Assembly: GCA_902613615.1 (NCBI GenBank)
Contig: CACMHQ010000003.1
Location: forward strand, 61,758-125,757
From: an uncultured Candidatus Actinomarina sp.
Lineage (GTDB): Bacteria; Actinomycetota; Acidimicrobiia; Actinomarinales; Actinomarinaceae
DNA: 64,000 bases
Direction of reading: 5' to 3'
In this document: one piece after another, positions 19,496-29,696 of the stretch
Position numbering within the stretch: position 1 is the first letter of the stretch
Layout: each line of letters opens with the position of its first letter
The notes under the pieces: generated by a model
Seen by the model: the letters and a program-made list of their open reading frames with translations, nothing else
What the model was told of the DNA's origin: nothing
The model's database searches: none
Made by a program: the position numbers and the translations under genes

Positions 19496-21171
19496 AGTTT
19501 TTTTCTTGATCCAGCCTTATCAATTTTTTGAGTCACTCCAATCTTGTCAAGTAATTCCAGATAAGGAATTGCATACTTTCTTGAAAGACTAGATTTATCT
19601 TTAAAATCTTTTACAGAAAATTCATTTGGCATAAACCCGACAATCTCAACTAATTGTTTCAAATGTTTATCGGAGATAATTATTTTAGGATCAACTCTGT
19701 AAATTTTTTTGGATAAAAAAAGATCTTTTAATTCACCCTTATCGAATTCTTTTGTATTAATAATGTTTACATCAAGTGTTTTACCAAGTAGTTCTATAAT
19801 TTTTATGTATTGATTTTCTAATGCTTCAAAGTTATCTATTTTTTTAATTACTTGATTATTTGAAATAGTTATATTCTCTTTATCTTTTGTTAGTTGTTCC
19901 AATAAATCTGTTGATATCTGATAGTTATTTTGAAAGAAATCTTTTACACCAGATTTATTTATTGAATCTGTATTATTTTCTAAATCTTCAAAAATCTTCT
20001 CAAGAACTGATTCATTGACATATAGATTTTCTATTTGTTTGAATTCTTTGTTATTTTTAAAGAATTTTATATCTAAAAAGTCAAAAATATCTAATAAATT
20101 ATTTATTTTGGTTTTGTCTTTAATCTTTTTGTTCAACTTTAAAATTTGGTTTTTATCAGGAAATAGTAAGAATTTTGCGCCGATATATTTATCTCTGTCT
20201 ATATTTTGAATTAATAGATTTTCAAAAATTGGAATCGGTACTGCTTTGGATAGACTCAAAATAGCAAAAGTCTCTTTTTCAGATACCAACAATTTTATTT
20301 TTGATATATGAGCATTATTTGTTCCAAAAAAAATTCTTAACGTTCCTTTTAAAATTGATTTATCCACATTTTTATTGTTGAATGCGATGAATAATTTGTT
20401 TGAAAAATTAATTTTTTCATTTGTAAGTAGGTCGCCTCTTCTGGGAAAATATTTGTTTGTTTTTTTTAAAGATAAAGCCACTCTTTTTGTTTCATCATTT
20501 TTATCATTCTTCTCATTTTTGCTCTGAACTTCTTTTATTTGAAGTTTTTCATTATGTAGATTGAATATAATATTTTCATAATCAAGTTCTTTACTTGCTG
20601 TACCTGTAATAACTTTTCCAGTTCCATCAATTGTGAAACTTCTATCGACCCATAGTCGTGGAGTATTTTCCTCGAATTTACAGGTTTTAATAAAATCATG
20701 AATAGATTCACAAAATGCACTTCTGCTAGAGCTTTCTTTGTTGAACTCCAAAATGAGATAATTAATATCTTGATTGTTTTCTAGTTTTTCACTTAAAATT
20801 TCTTTTTTTACCTCACCTTCAAGTAGATCAATTTTTGTAAATACAAATATAAAATTCTTTTTGTTTAGTGAAATTAATGATTGAAAATGCTGTTCGGACT
20901 GCTCAGACCAGTTTTGAACTGAATCTATTACAAACAGAATTACATCTACATTAGCAAATCCAGATATTGTGTTTTTATAAAAATCTTTGTGACCAGGCAC
21001 ATCAACTATTGAATAAGTTTTGTCTTCAATTGTAAAATAGGTATAACCCAAATTTATGGTAAGACCCCTTTTTTTCTCTTCGGGTAATCTATCAGTTTCT
21101 TGTTTAGTTAAAAAATTTACAAACGTAGATTTGCCATGATCTATATGTCCAGCAGTGGCAATAACTGTCAT
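19492..21171 (-). CDS. selB: selenocysteine-specific elongation factor
   Basis: TAGHIDHGKS, DRLPEEKKRGLTINLG, DVPGH, VDRSFTIDGTG; C-terminal winged helix LSRKYAIPYLELLD; coupled to selA. Confidence 0.93.
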   Translation of the reverse strand: MTVIATAGHIDHGKSTFVNFLTKQETDRLPEEKKRGLTINLGYTYFTIEDKTYSIVDVPGHKDFYKNTISGFANVDVILFVIDSVQNWSEQSEQHFQSLISLNKKNFIFVFTKIDLLEGEVKKEILSEKLENNQDINYLILEFNKESSSRSAFCESIHDFIKTCKFEENTPRLWVDRSFTIDGTGKVITGTASKELDYENIIFNLHNEKLQIKEVQSKNEKNDKNDETKRVALSLKKTNKYFPRRGDLLTNEKINFSNKLFIAFNNKNVDKSILKGTLRIFFGTNNAHISKIKLLVSEKETFAILSLSKAVPIPIFENLLIQNIDRDKYIGAKFLLFPDKNQILKLNKKIKDKTKINNLLDIFDFLDIKFFKNNKEFKQIENLYVNESVLEKIFEDLENNTDSINKSGVKDFFQNNYQISTDLLEQLTKDKENITISNNQVIKKIDNFEALENQYIKIIELLGKTLDVNIINTKEFDKGELKDLFLSKKIYRVDPKIIISDKHLKQLVEIVGFMPNEFSVKDFKDKSSLSRKYAIPYLELLDKIGVTQKIDKAGSRKKL

Positions 21172-22463
21172 AACTTAGTAAAAAAATCTTTTATGTATAT
21201 ATCGTTTTTTTCTGAAGTGCTTCTTAAATCAATTATTATATTGTTTTTATTAATTCTAGGAATTATTGGGATCTCATTAAGCGTTAATTTGCTCATCAGA
21301 TCTTTATTTTCCAGTTCACTTATTTGTACTACCGGTGATGGAATAGTCTTATTTGGTAAAGTACCTCCACCCATTACAGAATAATCATGGACAACTTCAT
21401 GTTTTATTTCAAGATTTTTACATACACTTTTGATTCTATTTTCTAGATTCTCATATTTCATTGAAATCATTTTCCATAAGGGTATTTCTATTTCTTTTTT
21501 GGATACATATTTACTTGTAGTTTCTTGGAGTTCAAAAAGAGTTAAAGGAGAACAGCGGTATGTCCTAAATAATGGAGACTCCTTTATTGATTGAATCATT
21601 TTTTTATCTCCAGCTATTATTCCCGACTGTAAAGATCCAAATAGTTTGTCACCTGAGAACATAACTAAATCTGCACCTTGTCTCAATGATTCCTGCACTG
21701 TTGGCTCATCATCAAAGATATCAATATTTTCTTTTTCTAAAAATTTTTTACTTGCAACTAGACCACTTCCGAGATCATGAATCAAAATACTATTTTGACT
21801 TTCGGTTAAAGACTTTAAATCTTTTAAATTTACCTCTTCTACAAAACCATCAATTGAAAAATTTGATCTATGGACTTTTAAAATTAAAGAATCTTTATTT
21901 TCTTTTAGGGCTTTTTCATAGTCAGTTATTTTAGTTTTATTTGTTGTTCCAATTTCGACCATCTTTAAGTCTGTTTCTTGAATTATTTCTGGAAGCCTAT
22001 AAGATCCGCCGATTTCAATTATTTCTCCTCTGGAAATAATTACTGTTTTTTTCCCATAAATATTTTTAAGTGTCTTTAGTGTTATAAAGAGCGATGAAGC
22101 ATTGTTGTTGACAAAGCAAACATCATCAGACCCTAGAAGTAAGTTCATTGACTGACTTAAGAATTCATTTCTGTTCCCTCTTCTGTTATTTAAAATATCA
22201 TATTCGACATTTGTACTTTCTCCATTAAATTTAATATCAGTTTGTGCTCTTCCAAGGTTTGTATGTAGCAATGTTCCAGTACAGTTGATAACTTTTTTTT
22301 GAACTTTTAATGTATATTCATACACTTCGTTTTCAAAATTTTTAATAGTTGTTTGAATGTCCGTGTTTTTGTTAAGACAATTTTGAGCTATTATAACTAA
22401 TATTTCTCTTGGAAGATTAGATTTCACTTCCTCTACCAATCTATTTACAGATATTTTATCCAT
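21168..22463 (-). CDS. selA: L-seryl-tRNA(Sec) selenium transferase
   Basis: INCTGTLLHTNLGRA, VNNNA, SRGEIIEIGGSYR, DLGSG, FSGDKLFG (PLP Lys). Confidence 0.95.
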   Translation of the reverse strand: MDKISVNRLVEEVKSNLPREILVIIAQNCLNKNTDIQTTIKNFENEVYEYTLKVQKKVINCTGTLLHTNLGRAQTDIKFNGESTNVEYDILNNRRGNRNEFLSQSMNLLLGSDDVCFVNNNASSLFITLKTLKNIYGKKTVIISRGEIIEIGGSYRLPEIIQETDLKMVEIGTTNKTKITDYEKALKENKDSLILKVHRSNFSIDGFVEEVNLKDLKSLTESQNSILIHDLGSGLVASKKFLEKENIDIFDDEPTVQESLRQGADLVMFSGDKLFGSLQSGIIAGDKKMIQSIKESPLFRTYRCSPLTLFELQETTSKYVSKKEIEIPLWKMISMKYENLENRIKSVCKNLEIKHEVVHDYSVMGGGTLPNKTIPSPVVQISELENKDLMSKLTLNEIPIIPRINKNNIIIDLRSTSEKNDIYIKDFFTKL

Positions 22464-22570
22464 ATATTGCTACTTTTATTGGTTTAAAACTCATGTTTAT
22501 ATCTTAAAGTGAAAAAATTTCATGTAACAATAAATTTTTTGAATAATTTGATATACGATATAATTAAATT

Positions 22571-22918
22571 ATGGATATACAAATAAAATCATCTCGCTCA
22601 GTTTTGGCAACTGATAGTGCAGTAAAAAAACTTGTTGAACTGAAAGCTGAGGAATCTAACGAAAACAGCTTTTTAAGAATGGGAGTTAAGCCAGGCGGTT
22701 GTTCAGGACTATCTTATGAGATGTTCTTCGATACAGAAAGACTACAAAATGATGTTTTCGAGTCATATGATGGCGTAGATATTGGTATTGACTCACAAAG
22801 CCTTGAGCATATTAAGGGATCAACTTTAGATTACAAAGAAGGTTTAATGGAGACCGGATTTTCAATCGACAATCCAAACGCAACAAGAACTTGTGGATGT
22901 GGAGACAGTTTTAGTTAA
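22571..22918 (+). CDS. A-type Fe-S cluster carrier (HesB/IscA/ErpA)
   Basis: GGCSGLSY, NPNATRTCGCGDSF. Confidence 0.93.
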   Translation: MDIQIKSSRSVLATDSAVKKLVELKAEESNENSFLRMGVKPGGCSGLSYEMFFDTERLQNDVFESYDGVDIGIDSQSLEHIKGSTLDYKEGLMETGFSIDNPNATRTCGCGDSFS

Positions 22919-23540
22919 ACTTATATCCAACTGAATGTACTGTTTTTATCCAATCAGATCTTTTTTCACCCAACTTTGATCTAAGTCTTCTAACATGAAC
23001 ATCTACTGTTCTAGCCCCTCCAAAATAATCATATCCCCATACTTTTTCTAATAACTCTTCTCTGGACCATACATTTTCTTGGTTCTCAACAAAAAATTTT
23101 AGTAATTCATATTCCATGAAGGTTAGGTCCAATAATTGATCATCGACTTTAGCCTCATAAGTTTTCAAATTAATTACAAGATCATCAAACTCAATTTTTT
23201 CTGATGAACTATCTCCAATTAAAGATTGAAATCTTGCAATTACTTCCTCTTCCTTACAATCATTTGATATTACTTCAATTTTTGGATTTTTAATTAAATC
23301 GATACTTTGTTTAAATTCTTCTTCATTAGCAATTATTAGTTCAGGAATAGGTTTTGAAGCTGTTTCAATGTCAGAGAGGTTCTTTTTAGTTTCTCCATAC
23401 ATTGAAAAAGATGTACATACTAAGTGAACTTCATTTTGAGTAGCTATTTTACCCAGATCAACTGAATTCAAATCATAAGAATTTAAGCACGATATTAGCT
23501 TTTCATGCTCTTTTTCTACATTTACATACGCTTTTACCAT
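22911..23540 (-). CDS. glnR: GlnR-like OmpR-family regulator with atypical receiver domain
   Basis: LDLTFMEYELL...VWGYDYFGGARTVDVHVRRLRSKLG matches actinobacterial GlnR; divergent from glnII. Confidence 0.78.
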   Translation of the reverse strand: MVKAYVNVEKEHEKLISCLNSYDLNSVDLGKIATQNEVHLVCTSFSMYGETKKNLSDIETASKPIPELIIANEEEFKQSIDLIKNPKIEVISNDCKEEEVIARFQSLIGDSSSEKIEFDDLVINLKTYEAKVDDQLLDLTFMEYELLKFFVENQENVWSREELLEKVWGYDYFGGARTVDVHVRRLRSKLGEKRSDWIKTVHSVGYKFN

Positions 23541-23634
23541 AATCTTGAAACAAATATTTAATATTTCCGAGTAACCAATATTTTAAATAAATACTACATT
23601 ATTAACGAGAATATTAAAAGAGGTATTAAAAACA

Positions 23635-24663
23635 ATGAAAATTAAAGCTGAATATATATGGATAGACGGTAAAACTCCTACCGCTAAATTAAGAAGTAAA
23701 ACCAAAATTATGGATCAAGGTACAGAACCTCCAATTTGGGGATTTGATGGATCCAGTACAGAACAAGCAACAGGAGATCAATCTGATTGTGTTTTAAAAC
23801 CTGTATCACAGTTTCCAGATCCTATAAGAGGTGGAGACAACATACTTGTTATGTGTGAAGTATTAAATGTAGACATGACACCACATGCTTCAAACACAAG
23901 AGCAGCATGTGTTGCATCTGCTGAAAACTTTTCTGAGTTTGAACCAATGTTTGGTTTGGAGCAAGAGTATACATTTTATGAGCAATCTTATGATTCACTG
24001 AAGTATGGACAACCATTAGGATTTCCTCCTTCAGGTTATCCAGCCCCACAAGGTGGATACTATTGTGGTGTTGGAGCAGATGAAGTATATGGTCGTTCAA
24101 TTTCAGAAGATCATGCAACTGCTTGTATGGAAGCTGGGTTAAATATTTCTGGAACAAATGCAGAAGTTATGCCTGGACAATGGGAGTTTCAAATTGGACC
24201 TGTAGGAGCTCCAGATATAGGAGATCAAATTTGGATTGCAAGGTGGTTGTTATATAGAATTGCTGAAGATTATAACATATCAGCAACTCTCACTCCAAAA
24301 CCTGTAAAAGGGGATTGGAATGGAGCTGGAATGCACACTAACTTTTCAACTAAACAAATGAGAGAAGATGGTGGTTATGATGCAATTGTTGCTGGCTGTG
24401 AAGCACTAGGAAAAAATGCTGAATTTCATGTGCAAAACTATGGTGCCGGAATAGAAGATCGTCTAACTGGTGATCATGAAACACAAAGATTTGACACTTT
24501 TTCTTACGGTGTCAGTGATAGAGGTGCATCTATCCGAATACCATGGCAGGTGGAAGTTGACAAAAAGGGTTATTTAGAAGACAGAAGACCAAATGCTAAT
24601 GCAGATCCATACGTTATTGCAACAGTAATGATCGATACGGTTTGTTCAGCTGCTTCAGCTTAA
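23635..24663 (+). CDS. glnII: glutamine synthetase type II
   Basis: AEYIWIDG, WGFDGSST, NAEVMPGQWEFQ, GDWNGAGMHTNFST, EDRRP; 342 aa (GSII size). Confidence 0.95.
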   Translation: MKIKAEYIWIDGKTPTAKLRSKTKIMDQGTEPPIWGFDGSSTEQATGDQSDCVLKPVSQFPDPIRGGDNILVMCEVLNVDMTPHASNTRAACVASAENFSEFEPMFGLEQEYTFYEQSYDSLKYGQPLGFPPSGYPAPQGGYYCGVGADEVYGRSISEDHATACMEAGLNISGTNAEVMPGQWEFQIGPVGAPDIGDQIWIARWLLYRIAEDYNISATLTPKPVKGDWNGAGMHTNFSTKQMREDGGYDAIVAGCEALGKNAEFHVQNYGAGIEDRLTGDHETQRFDTFSYGVSDRGASIRIPWQVEVDKKGYLEDRRPNANADPYVIATVMIDTVCSAASA

Positions 24664-25271
24664 CCTGAAGTATTTATAGCAACTATTTCTTCAATTTTTT
24701 CTTGAAATCCATTTATATTATTATTAAATGATTCAAGAGCAGCAGCTCTTTGCTCACCTGTATCTGAAGATGTAAGTCCCTCTAAAAGCTCTTGAGTATC
24801 AGCATATATAAGTTCAGCCAGAGATTTTAGCTCTTCATGACTCTTTACTAATCCAGCAAAAGTTGAGGGAGGACCAGGTTCTGCTACTGTATCAACAAAT
24901 TGCTGAGCATCTTCAATGAATTCAGCAAATTCATCTTTTGCTTCTTGGTATGTAATTGACTCATTGTCCCAATTATCGTTAGCTTCTAAAACCTTAGTTG
25001 CTAAGTCTATAGATTGAATTTTTTCTGAGGATATTTCTTCTAAATAAGTAACTACTTCATCAGGAAGAGTCGTTGTGGTTGTTGTTGTCGTATCCTCTGG
25101 AGTAGATTCTTCCTCTGTCTGCTCAACAACTTCTTCAACTATAGGCTCAATTTCTAAATCGTTATTTGATGCAACTCTGTTGATGAATGTATAAGTTGTG
25201 GCAATCATACCAATAAGCACTAATGGCAAAACTAGTCTTCCTGGTTTGGGGTCTTCGTTAAATGTTTCCAT
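24660..25271 (-). CDS. membrane-anchored acidic helical protein with Thr-rich linker
   Basis: N-terminal TM segment, TTTTTTTT linker, predicted helical ectodomain. Confidence 0.75.
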   Translation of the reverse strand: METFNEDPKPGRLVLPLVLIGMIATTYTFINRVASNNDLEIEPIVEEVVEQTEEESTPEDTTTTTTTTLPDEVVTYLEEISSEKIQSIDLATKVLEANDNWDNESITYQEAKDEFAEFIEDAQQFVDTVAEPGPPSTFAGLVKSHEELKSLAELIYADTQELLEGLTSSDTGEQRAAALESFNNNINGFQEKIEEIVAINTSG

Positions 25272-25273
25272 GT

Positions 25274-25477
25274 TTACAGTCTATCAAATATGTTCATAAT
25301 GTCTTGAGTTATTAGTTCCCAACCAACATCCTCGTATTTCGTAATTGTTACAAAACCAGGACCAAAGAATACTGAAGACACGCCTTCGATACTATTAAGA
25401 TTTTTCATTATTTCATCATCATGAATATCCGCTTCAATCTTTTTTGCATTTGGATTTGGAGTATCAATTAATTCCAT
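25274..25477 (-). CDS. NifU/Nfu N-terminal (scaffold) domain protein
   Basis: TPNPNA.K and IEGVSSVFFGPGFVTITK...W; start ATG 25477 preferred. Confidence 0.8.
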   Translation of the reverse strand: MELIDTPNPNAKKIEADIHDDEIMKNLNSIEGVSSVFFGPGFVTITKYEDVGWELITQDIMNIFDRL

Positions 25478-25521
25478 ATTAATAGTTAATTTTAATATAA
25501 AAATCATTAATATATGACAGT

Positions 25522-26064
25522 ATGAATTATCAAAATTTAAATCAAGAAATAAGCAGTTTAAATTTCCAAAAAAAATATTTCTTTAGTATTTTTGGCTTAT
25601 ATTTATTTACTATTGGAACTACAATTTTGGGTTATTCTGCATATCTTCTACTTGAATCATTTGGTATAGTAAATAAATCAGTGATTACTTGGAATGCTCA
25701 AGGTTTATTCTGGTTTTTAATTTTATTTTGCGTAGCTTTATTCGTTTTGTTCGTACCTGTAGAGTTTTTAAATGTATTTAAAATTTATAACCTAACTTTT
25801 AAAGATTTGATAATTAATATTGTTTTTGTTATTTTGACTTCTCTTCTTACATTAATTTTCTTTCAATTCTTATTAAATCCATCAAATCTAATAATTAGCG
25901 ATATTATTGACATCGGAAAAGCAGTTTCTTTTTCTGGGTTTATTGCAATTCCCCTAATTTTGTTTTTACAACACAATGTAAAACGGACCATAGATTTTTC
26001 TGACAATTTTTCTTACAGTCTGATTTATTTTGCTTGGGTATTATCTTCCCAGATTTTTCTTTAG
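25522..26064 (+). CDS. hypothetical integral membrane protein
   Basis: About five TM segments. Confidence 0.7.
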   Translation: MNYQNLNQEISSLNFQKKYFFSIFGLYLFTIGTTILGYSAYLLLESFGIVNKSVITWNAQGLFWFLILFCVALFVLFVPVEFLNVFKIYNLTFKDLIINIVFVILTSLLTLIFFQFLLNPSNLIISDIIDIGKAVSFSGFIAIPLILFLQHNVKRTIDFSDNFSYSLIYFAWVLSSQIFL

Positions 26065-26066
26065 AG

Positions 26067-27710
26067 CTACATTTTTTCTACGGGTTGAATACCTAATGAT
26101 TCCATAAGTAATTTTGAATAATCTTGAAAGTAATGTGTGATCTTAAGCTTATTAAACATTTTTGTCTCATTTTTGTTTTCTAAAATACTCTCATTTTGAT
26201 ACATCGAATTAAAAAGATTTGATAACTCATACAAGTAGTCTGCAAGATGGTGGGGCTCGTTGTTATTTAAAGCTTGATTAAAATAATATTCAAATTTTAG
26301 AAAACTTTTTAACAATTTATTGTCCGTTTCATCTAATTCAGAAAAAACTAAATCCGTGTTACTTATATCTATATTTGAATCTTGAATAAGTTTTCTAGCT
26401 CTGACATAGGCATATTGAACATAGATACCGGTTTTACCACTAATATTTGTAAACTTATCAAGATCAAATTTATAGTCAGTTTTTCTATTGGTTATTAGAT
26501 CGCTAAATGTTAAAACAGTATTTGCCAGCAATTTATTTGTTTCTATATCTAAATCTTTATTGATAGTTTTTAATTTAGATACGGTTTCTTCAAACAAGTC
26601 TGTCAACTTTTTAGTATGGCCATCTCTAGTTTTAAATGGATTGCCATTCAGATCATTTACGGTCCCAAATTCAACATGAGTATATTCTTCTCGACCAAAA
26701 CCAAAATACTTTATTGAATCGAAAAGTTGTTCGAAATGTAATTTTTGTCTTTTATCAACAATGTATAGTGTTTTATCAAATTCATTCTCTTTTCTTCTAT
26801 TTAAAACTGTTGCAAGATCGGTTGTTAAATAAAGATATGATCTATCTGATTTTGTTATGAGAACTTTTGGCTCAGTTTCTAAATTAGAAACATATGCACC
26901 ATTATCAATTGATATTTTTTTATCTTTTTTTAGGTTATCAATCATTTTAGGAATTAAGTTATTAACGTCACTCTCTCCCTGCCATAAATCAAAACTATGA
27001 TTAAGTTGCGCCAAAATTTCCTTTATTGCTTTCACTGATATTTCTCTTAAAATTTTCCAAGTATTTATTAGCTCATCTTTGTTTTCATTTAGCTCTTTAT
27101 TTATATTTTGTGCCATTAATTTAAAATCATCATCTTCTTGGTATAATTTTGATGCTTTAGGATAAATTTCTTCTAGATTTTCTATTGTTATACTCTCGAA
27201 ATCAAGTTGATTTTCTTTAATGTAACATATTATCTGAGCAACTGGCATGCCCCAATCACCTAAATGAATATCATTTAAGACCTTATGTCCAGCTAATTTA
27301 TTTATGTTATAAAGGCTTCTACCAATATTTAAAGATCTTAAATGTCCTACATGAAGGGGTTTACCAATATTTGGTCCTCCGTAGTCAAGAATTATTCTTT
27401 TTTGATTTAGAGCTTTAATATTATCATGTAAATTTTCATGATTATCTAGATACATTTCAATATTGATTTCTAGGTTTATAAAGTAATTTTTTGTAAATTC
27501 GTAATTTTTTATTGACAGATCGTTATCTAGTATTTTTGTAAATGATTTTTTTATATCTTTAACTTCATTGTTTTTTTCGAGTTTAACTAAATTATTTATT
27601 TGAAAATCAAAATTTGCTACATTTGAAGATCGCAAAATAATAGGTTCATATATTTTTCTTTTACTTAAATCATTTTCTAAGTTACTTATTAAATTTGTTA
27701 GAAGATTCAT
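26067..27710 (-). CDS. argS: arginine--tRNA ligase
   Basis: DYGGPNIGKPLHVGHLRS (HIGH), HLGDWG, YLTTDLA, FKTRDG, YVQYAYVR, C-terminal EKM. Confidence 0.96.
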   Translation of the reverse strand: MNLLTNLISNLENDLSKRKIYEPIILRSSNVANFDFQINNLVKLEKNNEVKDIKKSFTKILDNDLSIKNYEFTKNYFINLEINIEMYLDNHENLHDNIKALNQKRIILDYGGPNIGKPLHVGHLRSLNIGRSLYNINKLAGHKVLNDIHLGDWGMPVAQIICYIKENQLDFESITIENLEEIYPKASKLYQEDDDFKLMAQNINKELNENKDELINTWKILREISVKAIKEILAQLNHSFDLWQGESDVNNLIPKMIDNLKKDKKISIDNGAYVSNLETEPKVLITKSDRSYLYLTTDLATVLNRRKENEFDKTLYIVDKRQKLHFEQLFDSIKYFGFGREEYTHVEFGTVNDLNGNPFKTRDGHTKKLTDLFEETVSKLKTINKDLDIETNKLLANTVLTFSDLITNRKTDYKFDLDKFTNISGKTGIYVQYAYVRARKLIQDSNIDISNTDLVFSELDETDNKLLKSFLKFEYYFNQALNNNEPHHLADYLYELSNLFNSMYQNESILENKNETKMFNKLKITHYFQDYSKLLMESLGIQPVEKM

Positions 27711-28478
27711 TTATTTACTTACATATTGCTTTACAAAGTAAATTATAAATAAAAAATTATCGATAAAATAACGCCTAAACAATCTTTTTGGCTCTTGGAT
27801 TAATCTAAATATCCATTCAAAACCAATATTAGCGATCCACTCAGGGGCTTTTATTTTTGTACCAGCAGCCCACTCAAAAACCGCTCCAATTCCAACAATA
27901 TTTGAATATATATTGTATTTGCTTTTTAACATGTAAATAAACTCTTCCTGTTTGGGAAAACCTAAAGACACCCAAATAATATCAGCATTTTGTTGGATCA
28001 TATCATCAACAAATTCCTTTTGACAAAGTTCCTCATAAGTCTTAACGGGAGGGCATTTATAACCAACTATATTAATATCATGGTATTCTTCTTTTAATTT
28101 TTTAATCATTAAAGTTACAACCCTTTCATTGCTGCCAAAAAAATAATGTGATAAATTTGAATCAAGACCATTTTTTATTGTTTCATGAAAAACTTTGTAA
28201 CCATCAACTCTTTTCTGATTGTTTTTATATAAAACTTTAGATGCTTTTGCTACTGGAAACCCATCAGGTGCCTTAATATCGAATGAGTTTATCTTATCTT
28301 GAATTTTAGAGTTTTGATAAGATCTTACAAGAGTGTTTGCATTACAAATTGCTACTGTTTTTGATGTCTCATTTTTTAAATACTCTGAAACAAACTCAAT
28401 ACTAGTTGAGGTAATTTCTGTCTTTAGAATTAATACACTATTCATTGTTGAAACTATTATAGAAATAAAAATATGCAA
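27711..28478 (-). CDS. WecB/TagA/CpsF (GT26) glycosyltransferase
   Basis: APDGFPV, WVSLGFPKQE, GIGAVFE, APEW...GFEWIFRLIQEPKRLFRRY; true start may be ATG 28445. Confidence 0.93.
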   Translation of the reverse strand: MHIFISIIVSTMNSVLILKTEITSTSIEFVSEYLKNETSKTVAICNANTLVRSYQNSKIQDKINSFDIKAPDGFPVAKASKVLYKNNQKRVDGYKVFHETIKNGLDSNLSHYFFGSNERVVTLMIKKLKEEYHDINIVGYKCPPVKTYEELCQKEFVDDMIQQNADIIWVSLGFPKQEEFIYMLKSKYNIYSNIVGIGAVFEWAAGTKIKAPEWIANIGFEWIFRLIQEPKRLFRRYFIDNFLFIIYFVKQYVSK

Positions 28479-28494
28479 AGAATATATTTTCTTA

Positions 28495-28568
28495 GCGCCT
28501 GTAGCTTAACTGGATAGAGCATCTGACTTCGGATCAGAGGGTTGGGGGTTCGAGTCCCTCCAGGCGTA
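28495..28568 (+). tRNA. tRNA-Arg (anticodon UCG)
   Basis: Acceptor GCGCCTG/CAGGCGT, anticodon arm TCTGA-CTTCGGA-TCAGA, T-loop TTCGAGT, A20 present; CCA not encoded. Confidence 0.95.
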
Positions 28569-29696
28569 CTAATTTAATACAAAATTTAATATTTTGTTTA
28601 CTCTGTTTTCTAGTGATATAGAGGAAATATCTATCTCATCTTCTAATTTATTTTCTAGTAAATTTAATGACTTGATAAATGATTCTTCGTTATTCTCATC
28701 GAAAAATTCAATATTATCAGAGAATGGTAAATTTCTATGAGATTCAAAATCTACGGCCAATACTTTTAATCCTGCATAAATGTACTCAAAATATTTTAAC
28801 GGTGATGTGTACCTTACGGAATGTTCATTTTTTGATGAGTTTGTTAATAGACCAAACTGAGACTTTTGAATTTCTAATATTCCTAATTTTCTATCTTTTC
28901 TGTCTTCAATAAAAACTCTTTCTTCTAATCCAATCTCTTTTACATACTCTTTTAATCTATTTACCTCGGAACTAGGTCCTCCAATTATTTTCAAAAAATA
29001 TTTTTTATTTAAATTAGTATTTTTAAAGCAATCGATGATAAATTCTAAATTTCTATTTTGATTAAATCTTGTTAGATTTCCAACAAAAATTATCTGTCCT
29101 GGATTTTTATCAATATTTTTTGAAAATAGATCAGGATCAACGCCATTTTGAAGTGAAATTACCTTTTTCTTATTCAAACTATCTATATTTGAATCAACAG
29201 CTAGTTGGTCATTTAAAAATATAATTTTTGAATTTTTGTATTTAATGGATCTTTTAATATTAAATTTTCTTATTTTGGATAGTTGATGGCACTCTAGCGT
29301 TATATTTAACTTTTTTTTAGATAAATTATAAAAAATCCATTCAGACCTTGTGAAGAAAAGTGTTTCTTCATCATTTTTTAATGAATATCTTTTGCATTCT
29401 TCACGTGCCCAAAGAAAGTGACTAATTACGTAGAATATTTTCTCAAAATAAAGAGATTTACCAAAAGGATATTTGTGATTTCGTCCATTTACAGTTAAAT
29501 TTTTTGGCAAATCATAATATTTAGCTAAAACCTCTATATCATCTGAACTTTTGATCTCTCTCAAAGGAAAAATCAAATCAACATTAAAACCCTTTTTAAT
29601 CATATATTTGATATTGTCAAAAGTTTGGAGGGTATTAGCTTTATCTGAAGGAAAGCTTTGGTACGTTATATATTTAATTTTTTTATTCAATGTCAT
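28569..29696 (-). CDS. GT4-family glycosyltransferase
   Basis: NGVD, IIFVGNL, YTSPLKYFEY motifs. Confidence 0.88.
   Translation of the reverse strand: MTLNKKIKYITYQSFPSDKANTLQTFDNIKYMIKKGFNVDLIFPLREIKSSDDIEVLAKYYDLPKNLTVNGRNHKYPFGKSLYFEKIFYVISHFLWAREECKRYSLKNDEETLFFTRSEWIFYNLSKKKLNITLECHQLSKIRKFNIKRSIKYKNSKIIFLNDQLAVDSNIDSLNKKKVISLQNGVDPDLFSKNIDKNPGQIIFVGNLTRFNQNRNLEFIIDCFKNTNLNKKYFLKIIGGPSSEVNRLKEYVKEIGLEERVFIEDRKDRKLGILEIQKSQFGLLTNSSKNEHSVRYTSPLKYFEYIYAGLKVLAVDFESHRNLPFSDNIEFFDENNEESFIKSLNLLENKLEDEIDISSISLENRVNKILNFVLN

Noticed and set aside
25069-25094. GTT-like short tandem repeat
   Set aside because: Encodes a Thr linker with mixed codons; not a contingency locus.
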